DNA of 64,000 nucleotides from an uncultured virus (IMG/VR IMGVR_UViG_2687453376_000003). Lineage: Duplodnaviria > Heunggongvirae > Uroviricota > Caudoviricetes. A program made the translations under genes and the position numbers. The notes beneath the pieces were generated by a model. It was not told where the DNA came from. It searched no databases and was given only the letters and a program-made list of their open reading frames with translations. Positions 1 through 8,830 of this stretch are shown piece after piece. Position 1 is the first letter of the stretch; every line of letters starts with the position of its first letter. The stretch lies in IMG/VR virus record IMGVR_UViG_2687453376_000003; one strand, 5' to 3'.

Positions 1-153
1 ATGGAGCCACAAAAACCAGTGCTCATTGCGCTAATCGTTATCAGTATCACGCTATTAGGCGTACTGCTGCTGACAAAGCAAAATCTCTGCGACGTTAGCT
101 TCCGAAGCGGCAAAGTGGAGATAGTGGCTCACATGGCCTACGGATCCGAGTAA
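1..153 (+). CDS. hok: Hok/Gef family type I toxin (50 aa)
   Basis: Not in ORF track; translates MEPQKPVLIALIVISITLLGVLLLTKQNLCDVSFRSGKVEIVAHMAYGSE*: N-terminal TM helix plus LC...E..A.MAY.S tail typical of Hok/Gef. Upstream mok/sok region lies outside the window. Confidence 0.9.
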   Translation: MEPQKPVLIALIVISITLLGVLLLTKQNLCDVSFRSGKVEIVAHMAYGSE

Positions 154-231
154 GTGAGCGACAGGGGCGGTTCGCCGCCCCGATCGCATTGTCGAACGCA
201 TGGCCCCAAGGCACCCAAACCTCAGTAATAC

Positions 232-262
232 AAAAAGCCCGCAGGGAAACCCGCGGGCTTTT
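232..262. terminator. Bidirectional intrinsic terminator
   Basis: AAAAAGCCCGC-agggaaaccc-GCGGGCTTTT GC-rich hairpin with A/T tracts on both sides. Confidence 0.75.
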
Positions 263-328
263 CTGTTTATACATAGCATGGCACGTCACCACCCTATCGC
301 CATTTCATCGCCACTGGACAAATTTAAG

Positions 329-453
329 ACACAAAAAAACCACCTTGCGGTGGCTTAATAACAAAACATATCGTTTTGATTTTTATACCATTTTGTCATG
401 GTGCCCGGAGCGGGACTTGAACCCGCACAGCGCGAACGCCGAGGGATTTTAAA
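329..453. repeat. att site, left copy of a 125-bp perfect direct repeat (other copy 45512-45636)
   Basis: ACACAAAAAAACCACC...GAGGGATTTTAAA is identical at both positions; contains the tRNA-Leu 3' half plus ~70 bp of its downstream flank. Confidence 0.95.
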
Positions 454-455
454 TC
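399..455 (-). pseudogene. leuZ: 3' half of tRNA-Leu(UAA), displaced att fragment
   Basis: Reverse complement reads GATTTAAAATCCCTCGGCGTTCGCGCTGTGCGGGTTCAAGTCCCGCTCCGGGCACCA, matching leuZ from the anticodon arm to CCA; D-arm and acceptor 5' strand absent. Confidence 0.9.
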
Positions 456-792
456 GTGCGTTATTCCTTTTATTATCAATGAAATAACGTATTTTTTTCA
501 TAATAACATGATAAAAAATAATTTTATCTTTCATGCAGTTAGAACCCTTTACATCCAGTAGTTATGAAGGAGGCACCTTTAGTAGAAGACATATTACCCC
601 ATCTGAAAAAATAAGGCTGGCCTATATACCGCGATATCAGAATAAACACAGCGCATTCATTGCGCTATGTTTATATGTTTTGTTTAAATTCACATCAATT
701 ATTAACAGATGATTTTCCAGTGGAAAGCACTTGTGTATTTATATATAATAAAAAAACAATTTTATTGTTTTATGCGTTTAATTAGGACGAGT

Positions 793-1872
793 ATGATGGT
801 AGAAAACAATGATAAGAAATTAACATCACTACAAGTTGTTCGCGGAATAGCTGCTTTGTTAGTGGTGTTTTTTCATTATCGTTTTTTCTTGAAAGACAAT
901 GGGGCTATGACGCCTGATTTTTGGGAGCAATTACTATCCCCTGGCATTATAGGTGTTAATATATTTTTTGTTCTCAGTGGGTTTATTATAGCTTGCTCTA
1001 CGAGCAAGTACCAAAAAGGTGTTGAATCATTTAAGCTATTCGCTAAAAACAGAATACTCCGCATTGTCCCATTGTATTATTTTGGTTTACTCGTTGCTTT
1101 TTTGCTTGGTGGGGCAATGAGCACCTTTCACTATTCACAAAAAATTGAAAACTTAATTAGCGCATTAACATTTACTGTGTATGATAATAATGTATCACCG
1201 CATTATATAGATGATAGCGGGATGTATAATGTACGATGGACACTAAATTACGAAATATATTTTTATTTTGTTTTTGCAGTGTGCATGTTATTCAGGTCTC
1301 GCCTGACTTTTTTATTGGTGTGGTTTATATCACTGACGCAAATTATACCCGCTTTGCTTGGCTTTACGCCAACACTAAGCGTATCTGGTTATCATTTTGA
1401 TTATGCGAGCTATGGATTTTTTACAAACCCGATAGCTCTTGAATTTGTTGTCGGTGTAATATTTGGGTTATTATATCTCAAAATTCAAAATAACATACGC
1501 GAGCATAACTATTTAAAATATAGTTTTTTGCCAGCAGCAATTTTCCTTGTCATCTTGGTATATATTAGGATTATTTCCCCCTTTGATATATTAGCAAGCG
1601 TAATTATTGGCCTCATAATATTATCATTGGCTTTGTATAAGAAAGCGACATCAAGATTTACAATTGCTTTCGTATATCTTGGCGATATTTCGTATTCACT
1701 TTATTTATTACACAATCCAATTGGTAGTGCCATATTTAAAAGGGTTGATGGAGCAAATCACCCCTATTTTTGGTTTATGATTGCTGTATTATCATCAATT
1801 GCGATATCACACTTCACTTATAGATATATAGAAGTGTCATTAACAAATTTCCTGAAGTCAAAATTGCCATAG
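793..1872 (+). CDS. Acyltransferase_3 (Oac/OafA-like) membrane O-acyltransferase; probable surface/O-antigen conversion moron
   Basis: Motifs LQVVRGIAALLVVFFH, GVNIFFVLSGFII, RILRIVPLY, WTLNYEIYFY, YLGDISYSLYLLH, YRYIE; multiple TM segments; AT-rich; start set at ATG 793 after AGGA. Confidence 0.9.
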   Translation: MMVENNDKKLTSLQVVRGIAALLVVFFHYRFFLKDNGAMTPDFWEQLLSPGIIGVNIFFVLSGFIIACSTSKYQKGVESFKLFAKNRILRIVPLYYFGLLVAFLLGGAMSTFHYSQKIENLISALTFTVYDNNVSPHYIDDSGMYNVRWTLNYEIYFYFVFAVCMLFRSRLTFLLVWFISLTQIIPALLGFTPTLSVSGYHFDYASYGFFTNPIALEFVVGVIFGLLYLKIQNNIREHNYLKYSFLPAAIFLVILVYIRIISPFDILASVIIGLIILSLALYKKATSRFTIAFVYLGDISYSLYLLHNPIGSAIFKRVDGANHPYFWFMIAVLSSIAISHFTYRYIEVSLTNFLKSKLP

Positions 1873-1880
1873 CATAAAAT

Positions 1881-1909
1881 AAAAGCCCACATTATTGTGG
1901 GCGTTCTTT
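1881..1909. terminator. Terminator between convergent acyltransferase and tail genes
   Basis: AAAAGCCCACA-ttat-TGTGGGC-GTTCTTTT. Confidence 0.7.
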
Positions 1910-2437
1910 TCATTCTGGTATGAGTGGGAAAACCACAGGCAATTTCGTTGAGTCTACCCGGTTAACGTTTACTCTGAATTTTTTCCAGATCTTCAATTTC
2001 ACATCTTCCTCGGGTGTCGCTTCGCCAATATCGACTGCATCCTGTAACGGGGCAATGGCTTTCGCGGCTTCGGCCAGCAGGCCTTGCTTCTTCTGCTTGG
2101 CCTGTGCTATCAGTTCGGCCAGAGTATATATCCGAGGGACAATACTCCCGTCAATAAACTGCCAGCCACCATGGGTATCGACACCATCCGGTAATGACGC
2201 CATTTCTATGACACTGCCACCCTCGGGGCAAATAGCACTTGCGTCTTTATCAATAGCGCAAATGACTCCATTGGGAAGGTATTTCACTTTAAAGGTATCA
2301 GGCCGACACTGTGTAATTGCTTGATACCAGTCGTCCCCCGACTCATCCTGCCAAAAAATAGCATGGTACTGTTCGGCTATTTCTTTTTGTTTATCGGCCA
2401 CTGGCGTGTATTGGGTTAAGTTTTTTAGATGCAGCAT
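1910..2437 (-). CDS. Tail fibre assembly chaperone (Tfa-like)
   Basis: DESGDDWY N-terminus and IAPLQDAVDIGEATPEE...WKKFRVNVNRVD C-terminus; follows the tail fibre gene. Confidence 0.88.
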   Translation of the reverse strand: MLHLKNLTQYTPVADKQKEIAEQYHAIFWQDESGDDWYQAITQCRPDTFKVKYLPNGVICAIDKDASAICPEGGSVIEMASLPDGVDTHGGWQFIDGSIVPRIYTLAELIAQAKQKKQGLLAEAAKAIAPLQDAVDIGEATPEEDVKLKIWKKFRVNVNRVDSTKLPVVFPLIPE

Positions 2438-2439
2438 TA

Positions 2440-3363
2440 TTATAGCCCCCCTACGTTATACCATGTTCCATTAATAAGCTTTTGTAGTGCTCGACGGTAG
2501 ACTTGATCGGGGAAGTCATCGCGGTTACCATTTTCAACCCCCGTAATTACATAAGGTGGCTGATCACTATATCCTATCCCACGCCATATTTGGGAACCCT
2601 CACGAGCTGAGAATCGAATATCTTGAACTGTTTTTGTGGCTGGCATTAGTTCAACCCAATCATGTTCAAAACCATAACCATCACGCGCAGAGCGGTAATA
2701 AATCCCTCTATTTCCATGATTCACTTTAAACTGTACAGCAGGGCAACTGCCCACCCCCATATTGAAATGAAGAATAAGGCACGATGCGCCAGGGAGAGTT
2801 GCTTCATAAACCCCGCTTGACGCATTCCAAGGCACTGCATCCTCGCTAGCTACTCTCCCCCCTGTTTGCCCCAGAGCAAATGCTGAAACATCATCCGCCG
2901 TTAAAGTAAGGTCTGATTCCAGTGAATAACGATTCACGGTTCTTGTTTTTGGGATGGCGTTAGCTGCCTGACTTATCGTTTCCAGTAAACCAAGGTATTG
3001 TAGAACCGCATCAGTGCTGGCTTTACCGATGATGTCCCGCCCGACCTGAGTGAGATCAGTCTGACCGGCGGTGTCTGTCCCGGTAAAGTACGGGAGTTTA
3101 TTAGCGCCTGTCGCTAGGCCTGCTAACGCCGTTAAGGTGGCGTCACTGGCTTGAAACTGTTTATTTAATGCTGTAAGAACCTGATTCGAATCATCAGGAG
3201 AGAGGGATATTCCAGCTGACTCTACGATGTTAGCCAACTCCTCTTGTATGGCATTAAAAGCAGCGGCACGCAGTCGTGTTGCAGCGATGCCACCAGCAAC
3301 ATTGCCATCCGTATACTGGCCACCTGGTGTTGCTGTAGATTCAACCTGCCCGATTCTGAGCAT
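2440..3363 (-). CDS. Tail fibre protein (short, 307 aa)
   Basis: FNAIQEELANIVE N-terminus, LTALAGLATGANKLPYFTG repeat, RALQKLINGTWYNV C-terminus; last structural position in the tail operon. Confidence 0.85.
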   Translation of the reverse strand: MLRIGQVESTATPGGQYTDGNVAGGIAATRLRAAAFNAIQEELANIVESAGISLSPDDSNQVLTALNKQFQASDATLTALAGLATGANKLPYFTGTDTAGQTDLTQVGRDIIGKASTDAVLQYLGLLETISQAANAIPKTRTVNRYSLESDLTLTADDVSAFALGQTGGRVASEDAVPWNASSGVYEATLPGASCLILHFNMGVGSCPAVQFKVNHGNRGIYYRSARDGYGFEHDWVELMPATKTVQDIRFSAREGSQIWRGIGYSDQPPYVITGVENGNRDDFPDQVYRRALQKLINGTWYNVGGL

Positions 3364-3419
3364 AAGTCATCCTCACTATATTAAGCGATAAAATACAAAA
3401 TATTCATTATTACAATCGG

Positions 3420-4013
3420 TTATACGTAACTAAAAATAAGATGCAGATGAGAGGGGGCAATTTTAGTGAGCGCACACTCTAATTGCTTATTTCCCCATGA
3501 AGCTAGGGGATCACCACAATATGAGGCTCCAGACCGCGCATATTTAATGGTGGTTTCCGGCGCATTGATCCGCCAGACAAAAGGCCACTCATCACCGTTC
3601 AGGGCATCACCACACGCAGACATACCGCACATCGAGGGGCGAAACTGAGTGATGGTAATGATATACCCCAGCGTTGCGGCAATATGGATATAGTAATCCC
3701 GGTTCAGGCCGCCGGTACTGATTAGCTTTGCCACCACCATGCGCTGGCGATCGCTGACACCATCGATCTCACCGATGGAGCAGTCATCCGGAAGACCAAG
3801 CGTAGCCTCCCACTCAGGAAGCATGCTGGTCGCAGTGGGCGGGAATGCCCCGGAGATGAGATTTACCGCATCGTCATCCGAACGCTGGAATGCCCTTCCC
3901 AGAGCGCGCAAAACCGCCGACTGAACTGTTTTTGACGCCCTAGGCCACGCCCTGCCGGTAGGCAGTAGCGCCCCCAGTGCACCGGCGTAATCATCTTTCG
4001 AAAAGAGGCTCAT
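3420..4013 (-). CDS. YmfQ/DUF2313 (Mu gp48-like) baseplate protein
   Basis: LLPTGRAWP, LPEWEATLGLPD, LECALTKIAPSH; follows baseplate J. Confidence 0.85.
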   Translation of the reverse strand: MSLFSKDDYAGALGALLPTGRAWPRASKTVQSAVLRALGRAFQRSDDDAVNLISGAFPPTATSMLPEWEATLGLPDDCSIGEIDGVSDRQRMVVAKLISTGGLNRDYYIHIAATLGYIITITQFRPSMCGMSACGDALNGDEWPFVWRINAPETTIKYARSGASYCGDPLASWGNKQLECALTKIAPSHLHLIFSYV

Positions 4014-5152
4014 ACAAAGCGCACCTCACCCAACACCGGAATTTCGCCAACTGCAAACGCAATATTGGCAGTCGGAGAATTCAGGATATAACCCGTCGTT
4101 CCGTTAACATCTCCAATGCTCTTGTTGATATCCGAGAGATAGACCTTACCGGAGCCATCAGGATTGGCCTCTTCAAAAAACAACGCGGCGAGCGCATCCC
4201 TGATGCCCTGTACAGTGGCGCTGTCAGCATTCTTGAGCCCTGCAATTTCGACGTCGATAATTTTCGGGATCGGAGAGCACACAAAAACGATCGCTGTGTC
4301 AGTCTGCTGAGGGTAGATGTGATCGGCGACAGCCAACTGGTCCCCGGTGGCTCTGACAGCCCCCCAGTCCTCCAATTGTGATATCCCGTCGGAGCCGACT
4401 GGAAACCCGCCGCTGGCATTCCGATTACACATGATATACACCCCAACGGTCCCTCCCCCATTCAGGCGCCGTTTTACCCACGCACGGGTCACGTTAGGCA
4501 CTTCAAGCGCCCATTTTTTATAATCGGTATCGCTGCCGCCCTGTGGCGGATTCTGCCACGCCAGCAGGCCACGGCGGCGGAATTCGTCTTCGCCTTCAAT
4601 ATCCGCCCCACCAGTTGCAGCAGACAATAACGTTACCTGCGGATCCACGCCGGCAATATTGGCGTCTAGGGTCAGCATGGTCCCTGCATCAGCGTTGCCG
4701 CGCGCCCCTCCGCCTGTTACATCGTTGGTAATGTCAGGCAGTATGGCAGTCACTGGTACAACACCAGATCCATCTGCCTGGGTTTTTAGCTCTGAGTCTG
4801 TGCGGTACTGGTAACCGTCGCCACGGTTCAGGATCGTGCCAGCCGGAATAATGCTGCCAGCGGCACCGGTGGCCTGTGCCGATTGTGACTTCGCGGCCAT
4901 GGCTGGTTTACGGAAAACCTGCTTCATAGCCATCCACCCCGCCAGAAACTCATCGGTAGAAGTGAACGGGGTAGTCTGCAGGGCAATATAGTCTAAGTAG
5001 GCATAGTGCAGATGCCCCATCCCGGCATCCATGTCGGCGAGCACTTTCAAGTTAGCGAAGCGCAGTAGCGCGCCAACATCCTCCAATTCCGCCTGCATAA
5101 ACTTCCGATTTCCGTCACGCAGTTCGCTGAGTGTCGGTCGTTTAAACGGCAT
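4010..5152 (-). CDS. Baseplate J / Mu gp47 family
   Basis: MPFKRPTLSEL, GGADIEGEDEFRRR, PPQGGSDTDYKKWALEVPNVTRAWV. Confidence 0.92.
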   Translation of the reverse strand: MPFKRPTLSELRDGNRKFMQAELEDVGALLRFANLKVLADMDAGMGHLHYAYLDYIALQTTPFTSTDEFLAGWMAMKQVFRKPAMAAKSQSAQATGAAGSIIPAGTILNRGDGYQYRTDSELKTQADGSGVVPVTAILPDITNDVTGGGARGNADAGTMLTLDANIAGVDPQVTLLSAATGGADIEGEDEFRRRGLLAWQNPPQGGSDTDYKKWALEVPNVTRAWVKRRLNGGGTVGVYIMCNRNASGGFPVGSDGISQLEDWGAVRATGDQLAVADHIYPQQTDTAIVFVCSPIPKIIDVEIAGLKNADSATVQGIRDALAALFFEEANPDGSGKVYLSDINKSIGDVNGTTGYILNSPTANIAFAVGEIPVLGEVRFV

Positions 5153-5153
5153 A

Positions 5154-5591
5154 TTATCGTTGCTCCCATATCCAGTAAAACCTGAATTCTTGCCAGTCTT
5201 TGCCCGGTGCCAGATACCGGATAGTGAGGTTCAGGCGGTTCGGCATGACGATCTGCGCAGTAGGGATAACATCGCTGACCACGCCATCATCCTTAAGCCA
5301 GGCAAGGGCCTCGCGCGCATATTCCTCCGCTCTTTTCGCCACGTCAGTCGTCAGTTTCTGCCTTCGGAGTAACCACAGCCGGGATCCGAGCTGCGATTCA
5401 TCGCCTGAATCCCCCCACCAGCCACGGCGATCGTTGTCTTCATAATCATCATCCGCGCGCGCCAGCCGGTCGGTAAACAAGCTATCCAATATCGCGGTCT
5501 GTAAATCGTACCCTGTAGTGAGCGCTCCAGGGCCTGCCCTCCAGTCGGCAACCATCTCATCCACACTCCAGAAAGAGGCAATGTCACTCAT
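5154..5591 (-). CDS. Mu gp46 family baseplate protein
   Basis: LQTAILDSLFTDRLA, RRGWWGD, GSRLWLLRRQK, AREALAWL. Confidence 0.92.
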   Translation of the reverse strand: MSDIASFWSVDEMVADWRAGPGALTTGYDLQTAILDSLFTDRLARADDDYEDNDRRGWWGDSGDESQLGSRLWLLRRQKLTTDVAKRAEEYAREALAWLKDDGVVSDVIPTAQIVMPNRLNLTIRYLAPGKDWQEFRFYWIWEQR

Positions 5592-6172
5592 GTCACCACC
5601 TCATCGGTTTTTTCACTGTAGATATTGTCATTGCCTCTCTGGGTATTTTTAACCAGGTGATTGTGGTCATTGTGTGCCTCCCGCAGGTCTTTCAGCGTTC
5701 TGCTGTTGGTTTCGCAATTGTCCACAATATCGCCAGTGCATCTCAGAAGTGGGGTGTTTGCCAGAATCCCCTCGCTGGCATTAATGGTCACGTTTGTGGC
5801 GTTGTTGACTTCTACATCCTTGCCATTCGCGTCGACAAATACCCCATCTTTGGTCAACAGCACCTCCTGCCCCCACTGGCTGTAGATAACGGTTTCGCCA
5901 TTTTTCAGCCCAGTACGCCGGAATCCCTGGTGATTCGTGGCAATGACCACCGGACTTGAGCGGTCACCTCCAATAAAGGCCAGAACCACATCGGTGCCTT
6001 TCGGCAGCCCGGAGGAAAAGCCAAACTCGGCAAGCCGCGGCGCGCTGGCAACTTCAAGCGGCGTCTGGTACTGAAGGGTCTGCACAACACCGCCGTCCTT
6101 CTGCACGGTTACCCGGCCAATGCCCAGCATGCCGGAGATCCGGGCGGCCGTTCGCCTGAATAGCTGATTCAT
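5588..6172 (-). CDS. Mu gp45-like baseplate spike
   Basis: EFGFSSGLP, GETVIYS, C-terminal HNDHNH metal-tip motif. Confidence 0.87.
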   Translation of the reverse strand: MNQLFRRTAARISGMLGIGRVTVQKDGGVVQTLQYQTPLEVASAPRLAEFGFSSGLPKGTDVVLAFIGGDRSSPVVIATNHQGFRRTGLKNGETVIYSQWGQEVLLTKDGVFVDANGKDVEVNNATNVTINASEGILANTPLLRCTGDIVDNCETNSRTLKDLREAHNDHNHLVKNTQRGNDNIYSEKTDEVVT

Positions 6173-7254
6173 GTATTAAACCCCGCAAGCTGCTGGTAGA
6201 AGGCGTATGGCTGAACAGCGAACGCTTCCGGCGGCATCAGTGTCATGCGCGCATGCGTCCCGTTGTCATCTCGCATGTAAGTGACATCGGCCAGCAACAA
6301 CTCGGTATCCAGTAGGTGGAATGTCGGTATATTCACCGGGATAAGGGTATTAGGTTCCCACAACTTACCGCCCTCATCCCGCCAGGAATCGATCGTCACG
6401 GTTAGCAACTTTGAGCGGCCATACCGGCGATTCATTTCCCATTCGATAGCGCGCTGTGCCTGTTGTGATGCCATCATCGTACTTTCAATAATGGAAATGT
6501 GCTTCCGGTAGCGCATGCGGGCAGCTTCCGGATCCCCAGCTGTCGCCAGGGTCACAGAGTCATACGCCATATCTGGCGAATATCCGGCTACCGGGGCAAT
6601 GCCCATCGATACGCCAACGTAGTCAGAGAACCTGTCAGCCATCGATTTGCGGTAATATGCCAGCTCAACGTTCACACCCTCGGCAATACCGCTGGCGGCA
6701 CGATACGTACCGACGCGGGTCAACAGCAGGTTACCATCAGGTTGATCGTAATAAAGCAGGGCTGACCAACGCGCTACCCGCTCGATAATCTCCTGTGGTG
6801 ATTCCCCCCAGTTAAGCGTGAACTGCGGAACCTTAATCAAGTCACTCACATCCGCCGAGACACTGATGCCGTAATACGACGCCAGCCGCATGGCGATTTC
6901 CAGCGCATTACCGCCATTGATGACGTTATTGGGCCACTCGGCGGAACAATCCACCAGATCCTGGCATTTGCTTCTCCCTGTCGCGCGCACCTCGTGGCGA
7001 GAGCGCGATATTGACGACTCCCAGTCATCCACATATCCCGTCAGTGTCAGATCATTCCCGATACGGACGGAACATGGCATCCCCTCTTCCACAAGCTGAC
7101 GCTTATCGTTACCGGGGAAGTAATCCATCAGGCCGAGATCGAAATCTGAGGGAAACCGTTCGATACCGCGAGTCACCCGGACAGAATCCCAACCCTCAAT
7201 GATTTTCCCGCCGATCGTCAGCGAGACGACGTCCTGATCGCTGTCTGCACTCAT
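6169..7254 (-). CDS. Mu gp44/P-like baseplate hub
   Basis: GWDSVRVTRGIE, GRSKCQDLVDCS, LWEPNTLI. Confidence 0.87.
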   Translation of the reverse strand: MSADSDQDVVSLTIGGKIIEGWDSVRVTRGIERFPSDFDLGLMDYFPGNDKRQLVEEGMPCSVRIGNDLTLTGYVDDWESSISRSRHEVRATGRSKCQDLVDCSAEWPNNVINGGNALEIAMRLASYYGISVSADVSDLIKVPQFTLNWGESPQEIIERVARWSALLYYDQPDGNLLLTRVGTYRAASGIAEGVNVELAYYRKSMADRFSDYVGVSMGIAPVAGYSPDMAYDSVTLATAGDPEAARMRYRKHISIIESTMMASQQAQRAIEWEMNRRYGRSKLLTVTIDSWRDEGGKLWEPNTLIPVNIPTFHLLDTELLLADVTYMRDDNGTHARMTLMPPEAFAVQPYAFYQQLAGFNT

Positions 7255-8651
7255 TGCCTTAATACCTTCATAGTTGTTGGCATAAATGCCGGATGCGGAA
7301 CGCGGACCTCCTGCACAAGTTCATCCGCACGGATGGCATCCTGATACAGTCGGTTAGCCAGCGTCAGCGCAGGAAGAGGCTGAGCCATCGTGACCTGAAT
7401 CAGCTCGCTCAGTCCAGATGCGCGGTCACTCATCGTAGCCAAGAAGGAAGATCTGACGGCAAACAGGCCCCCATACATACCATCTTCAGCACGGTCTCCA
7501 GTCAGTATCAGCGCCGTATCAAGTTGAACGGAGACCCGCTGCGTTATCGCTTCAGCCTCATCGCGGCTGGTCGGGCTGGCATCGGCAGCCACGCGGGTCA
7601 TGGCCCCCGAGCACAACACAACGATCAGTGTGTTTATAGTGGATGATATCGCCTTGCTGCTGTCGGATTGCTGGTATTCCGTACTAATGGCATTGGCCAG
7701 TTTCTCCAGCGCTGAAATCCGGTCATTCATACTGCCGGCACTGACAATGATGGCATTCACGACATCGGCGATCCCCTGCACAAAGTCATCCGGGGCCGAG
7801 GCGTTGTTGAGGTGTTCCACCGTATCAGTGATGTTTTTCCGGTCCATCACTGATTGCGCGATCACCTGATTCGCGAGAGCATGATCGTCCCCTACATCCC
7901 TGGTTGACGCATTACCGGAAACAGCAGAAGCGCTGCCGCCGACCGCGCCCTTGTTGTAACGACCATATCGGGTATTACCAAAGGTGGAATTCAGGACGTT
8001 GCTGAGATTTGTAACTTCACTGATGGTGCTGTCCACCATGCTAGCCCAGAACGTGACGGTACCTTTAATAATGTTAATCGCCTGCGTAACACCGCGGATT
8101 TCTCCCTTTATCCTAGTGAGCGTACTGGCGAGCGTCGAGCTAACCAGCTTCAGGTAGTTAGTATTTACCGTATCACCTGCCGTGGTACTGTCCGTGATAG
8201 CGAATACTTTAAGTCCTGACTCAATAGCTATTAGGGTGAACTCAAATACTCTTCCGTTTTCTTGTGAGCCAGAAATACGTAAACCATTCTCTGGAATGGA
8301 AACGGTTAATTCACCGAGCGTCGGATGAACCAATGTGCCGCTTCCCTTTGTTTCACAGGCAGCAATCAATGACTGGCGCTGAGTGATAACATCCCCGCCA
8401 CCATAGATCTGACTGTTCTGGATAATAAATCCACGGAGAACAAAACGGCGGACTCCACGGCCAATGTCCTCAATCCAGGCGGAATTACGATAAGGATACT
8501 CATGCACGGCCTGACGACGTCCATGGCTACCCTCCTCCATAACGACGGCAAACGGAACTCCGCGAAACGAACTGGCGCGCAGTTTACTCTGCCAGTCATC
8601 ACTGACACCGCCCCCCATTAGGGAGGTAATTACATCCTGAATAATTGGCAT
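7251..8651 (-). CDS. DNA circularisation protein (Mu gp43/N-like)
   Basis: LRASSFRGVPF, HEYPYR, GTLVHPTLG; C-terminal PALTLANRLYQD...HPAFMP. Confidence 0.9.
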   Translation of the reverse strand: MPIIQDVITSLMGGGVSDDWQSKLRASSFRGVPFAVVMEEGSHGRRQAVHEYPYRNSAWIEDIGRGVRRFVLRGFIIQNSQIYGGGDVITQRQSLIAACETKGSGTLVHPTLGELTVSIPENGLRISGSQENGRVFEFTLIAIESGLKVFAITDSTTAGDTVNTNYLKLVSSTLASTLTRIKGEIRGVTQAINIIKGTVTFWASMVDSTISEVTNLSNVLNSTFGNTRYGRYNKGAVGGSASAVSGNASTRDVGDDHALANQVIAQSVMDRKNITDTVEHLNNASAPDDFVQGIADVVNAIIVSAGSMNDRISALEKLANAISTEYQQSDSSKAISSTINTLIVVLCSGAMTRVAADASPTSRDEAEAITQRVSVQLDTALILTGDRAEDGMYGGLFAVRSSFLATMSDRASGLSELIQVTMAQPLPALTLANRLYQDAIRADELVQEVRVPHPAFMPTTMKVLRQ

Positions 8652-8830
8652 ATTCTCCCCACAAACAAAAAAGCTGCCAGATTGACAGCTTTTACATTCA
8701 ATTAACTAATAAAATCATTCACGCACTGAAAACCTATCTTGAGATTTAGAAATAATTAACGTGCGGCCATCTATCGTTTTTATCACAACCAAGCTATAGT
8801 CAATATTTATTACATCAGAAACGGCCATCA

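Noticed and set aside
399..455. Functional tRNA gene (also 45582-45636)
   Set aside because: Both copies lack the 5' acceptor strand and D-arm; they are att fragments.
2440..3363. Tail-fibre inversion cassette or diversity-generating retroelement
   Set aside because: No invertase, second fibre C-terminus, reverse transcriptase or template repeat was seen in the window.
8715..8828. 37-codon AT-rich ORF after the tape measure gene (MAVSDVINID...)
   Set aside because: Too short, no clear RBS or motif; probably a remnant of a lost moron, so not called.
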